DNA from: Oopsacas minuta
Lineage: Eukaryota > Animalia > Porifera
NCBI GenBank assembly: GCA_024704765.1
Contig: JAKMXF010000305.1
Coordinates: 348,682 to 412,681, forward strand
Direction of reading: 5' to 3'
Length of the DNA stretch: 64,000 nucleotides
Part shown: positions 61,760-64,000 of the stretch, one piece after another
How the letters are laid out: each line of letters starts with the position of its first letter
How positions within the stretch are numbered: position 1 is the first letter of the stretch
Notes under the pieces: model-generated
What the model was told of the DNA's origin: nothing
Databases searched by the model: none
What the model saw: only the letters and a program-made list of their open reading frames with translations
Translations under genes and position numbers: made by a program

Positions 61760-62823
61760 CAGTGATTCTCAACCTTTATATACTCAGCGCCCCCTTTAGA
61801 GCAAATTTAATATCCAGCACCCGCCTTAGAAATTAAGTGAGTTGTAGTATTCTAATTCAGACTATGATCACTGTGCTTGGTTGAATGATGTTCTTTCAAT
61901 CGAGACGGCTTCATGAATTCAATGGGAAAACAAGTTGGCAAACCAGGCACATATGTAGTCGAAAAGTAGATTGGGAGGGAATAAAACCATAGAGCAAATA
62001 ATCAACGGAGTATGTCGATATTTCCTCACACTAGAGGTAGCCATCTCAGTATAGTACAAGTAACGAATATGTTTCGTAGTGTTATGGATTAAATATAGTT
62101 AGATCAATTTGGAAAATATAATACTGTATATTTTATAGTCTTCCTTCCATTTAGATACATACGACGGTGATGCGGGATAAGACCTAAAGTTGAAGTAGGA
62201 ATAAGGCGTGGTATTGAAGTATGAATAATAACTAAAATAATTCTGAAGTAGGAATAAGACCTAAAACTAACATCCATGAAATAGATATATTTTACACATT
62301 CCGTGGTACCTCATATCTTTTGAATTTATTGATGACTTTTCGTGGCATTAGCGTTGGATCTGGAGCCTGGAAGTTAGCCAGAAGTTTCCTTGACGTCCCT
62401 ACTTGTTGCTGAGAGTCTTTATGTCTCACTAAGATTGTTATGGAATGGATTATTCTGGATTATCTAACTAGATTGGCCTTAGCGAGAATATGGGCATTTG
62501 AGTACACTATTCTGGTAGCAGTTCAGAATTATTTTAGGTTGTATCCATACTTAGATCATTTTAGGTCTTATTTCGGCGACCCACATACACCGTATTGTTG
62601 TTTGTATGAAGCTACACCATAATTCTACACATGTAATTGTGATGAATCACTACTGTATGTATTTGAATATTATACCCAAAAAGTATATTAGATCTCTCAA
62701 ATTTCAAGTCACGCAAGTGCATGGGTATTCTCTGATTTATAGTGACAAATAGAAAGTAATTCTTAGCAAAACATTTATAGAAATAATCTCTTAGCCCCCC
62801 ATAGAGAACTTTGAGAACCCCTG
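61760..62823. mobile_element. Non-autonomous hAT element
   Basis: TIRs CAGTGATTCTCAACCTT / AACTTTGAGAACCCCTG. The 8-bp flanks ATATAATC/ATATGATC match at 7 of 8 positions. Confidence 0.7.
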
Positions 62824-62959
62824 ATATGATCTATCCTGACAACAATATAACATGATGTCAAAAACATCTATATGGGGAATTATAAACTTCATGCAACTCA
62901 AAATTAAAGGAATATATATAGTAATATGTATTGCCAATCAGATTATGGCACTGTAAGAT

Positions 62960-63133
62960 ATAATAGAAACCTCGCTAATCCGAACGAAACATTACTACTA
63001 TAGTACTACTACTACTACTATTACTATTATTATGTACTATGTACATATTAAAATTTCAAATACCGATTGAAAATTATTATTTTTAGGCAAAAATTCTTTA
63101 TTTTCTACTGTTCGGATTAGCGAGGGTCCACTG
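62960..63133. mobile_element. Short pogo-type MITE containing a (TAC)n/(TAT)n microsatellite
   Basis: CCTCGCTAATCCGAAC / GTTCGGATTAGCGAGGGTCCACTG-TA, with an internal trinucleotide run at ~62990-63035. Confidence 0.7.
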
Positions 63134-63487
63134 TATCGACCAATAAATACAAACTTCAGAATTTGGCCAGATACTCGTCACTAGGTAATAGATTAGGCGC
63201 GTGAACGAACGAAAGGTCATGGGCGCGATTACGCTACAGCTCACACGCAGAAATAGAAATTACTCTAGTGAATAAAGTATCAATTCGCCAAATGATTCTG
63301 CAGTTTGATATAATTCTAAACTTCATTGAGCTGAATATTGTACTTTCGCTATCCAAATTTGGAGTTTTAATATACTGGTAAATATAGTAAACTCAGTTAG
63401 TATGTACTACCAGAAGAATCGAGTTTTTGGATTCCGTAAGAGTACATGATACTACTAATACTCGGGTTCTACTGAACAACAAATTAC

Positions 63488-63746
63488 CTTCATCAATTAA
63501 TAAACAATCCAAAATGTGAACAAAAGAAGAAGGAAAGATCCCAATAACTGATGGGTGATGATGTATATATCCACGATACCAACCTAGACATTCTTCCAAT
63601 ATCACAATTTCTTCACCAACAAGTATAGAAAGAAACATGGAAAAAATGGGAGATTCATCACATATAGGCACGAAGTTATATATAGCAACAGCAAATTTGT
63701 GCTTTATCACAGTCCAAGTAAAATTTGATCCTAAAGAACCATCCAT
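63488..63746 (-). CDS. DOCK: DOCK-A/B-class GEF, exon 1 (N-terminal SH3 domain)
   Basis: ORF MDGSLGSNFTWTVIKHKFAVAIYNF...LSILVGEEIVILEECLGWYRGY...GIFPSSFVHILD matches the DOCK1-5 SH3 pattern (AxYNY..LSLxIG..HILE..GWYRG..GIFPxS). Donor GAAG|GTAATT ends the exon at 63488 in phase 1 (259 nt). An upstream exon cannot be excluded. Confidence 0.9.
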
Positions 63747-64000
63747 AGTACATCAAAACAAAGGCAAGGATATAATAATCGCTAGAACTAATGAAATGAG
63801 GAAATATAGTAATATAGAAATAGCCATAGGCGCAACTAGGCCAATTTGGGTGGGCACGTGACAACCCAGATAAGACTCCACCCTAATACAAAAAGCATAG
63901 GGTGACTGGCATGACATCCACTTTGCCAACCCAAATCCCAGAGCTAGGTTGGGATAATGGAAAACCCTAGTATAAGAACCAAATAGGTTGAATAAGTACA

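Noticed and set aside
63750-64000. Promoter of the DOCK gene
   Set aside because: The position upstream of the ATG is compatible, but there is no diagnostic motif and an upstream exon cannot be excluded.

Overview
Eukaryotic, AT-rich, invertebrate-animal-like DNA. There is no sign of operons, rRNA, tRNA or CRISPR. One host gene crosses almost the whole window on the minus strand: the 5' part of a divergent DOCK-A/B-class (DOCK1/2/5 or DOCK3/4-like) Rac-GEF. I recognise five exons (63746-63488 SH3; 45926-45669; 40711-40497; 33937-~33486; 1696-~1479, start of the DHR-1/C2 domain). They total about 1.4 kb of coding sequence and are separated by introns of 17.6, 5.0, 6.6 and ~31.8 kb. The introns are full of DNA transposons. 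(1) A bounded 3.17-kb Ginger1-type element whose integrase is followed by a USP-like cysteine-protease domain. (2) A 5.3-kb FAR1-like Mutator element with modular tandem-repeat TIRs, holding an intact DD37E Tc1 element and a MITE. (3) A near-intact ITmD37E element. (4) Decayed DD34D mariner, DD37D maT and DD41D rosa-type copies. (5) A Chapaev/Transib(RAG1)-like relic. (6) Further Ginger, MULE, hAT and LINE relics, many MITEs and a four-copy Helitron-like family. A 908-bp segment is duplicated in inverted orientation 38 kb away with one mismatch. All protein assignments come from motif recognition by eye; no database search was run.
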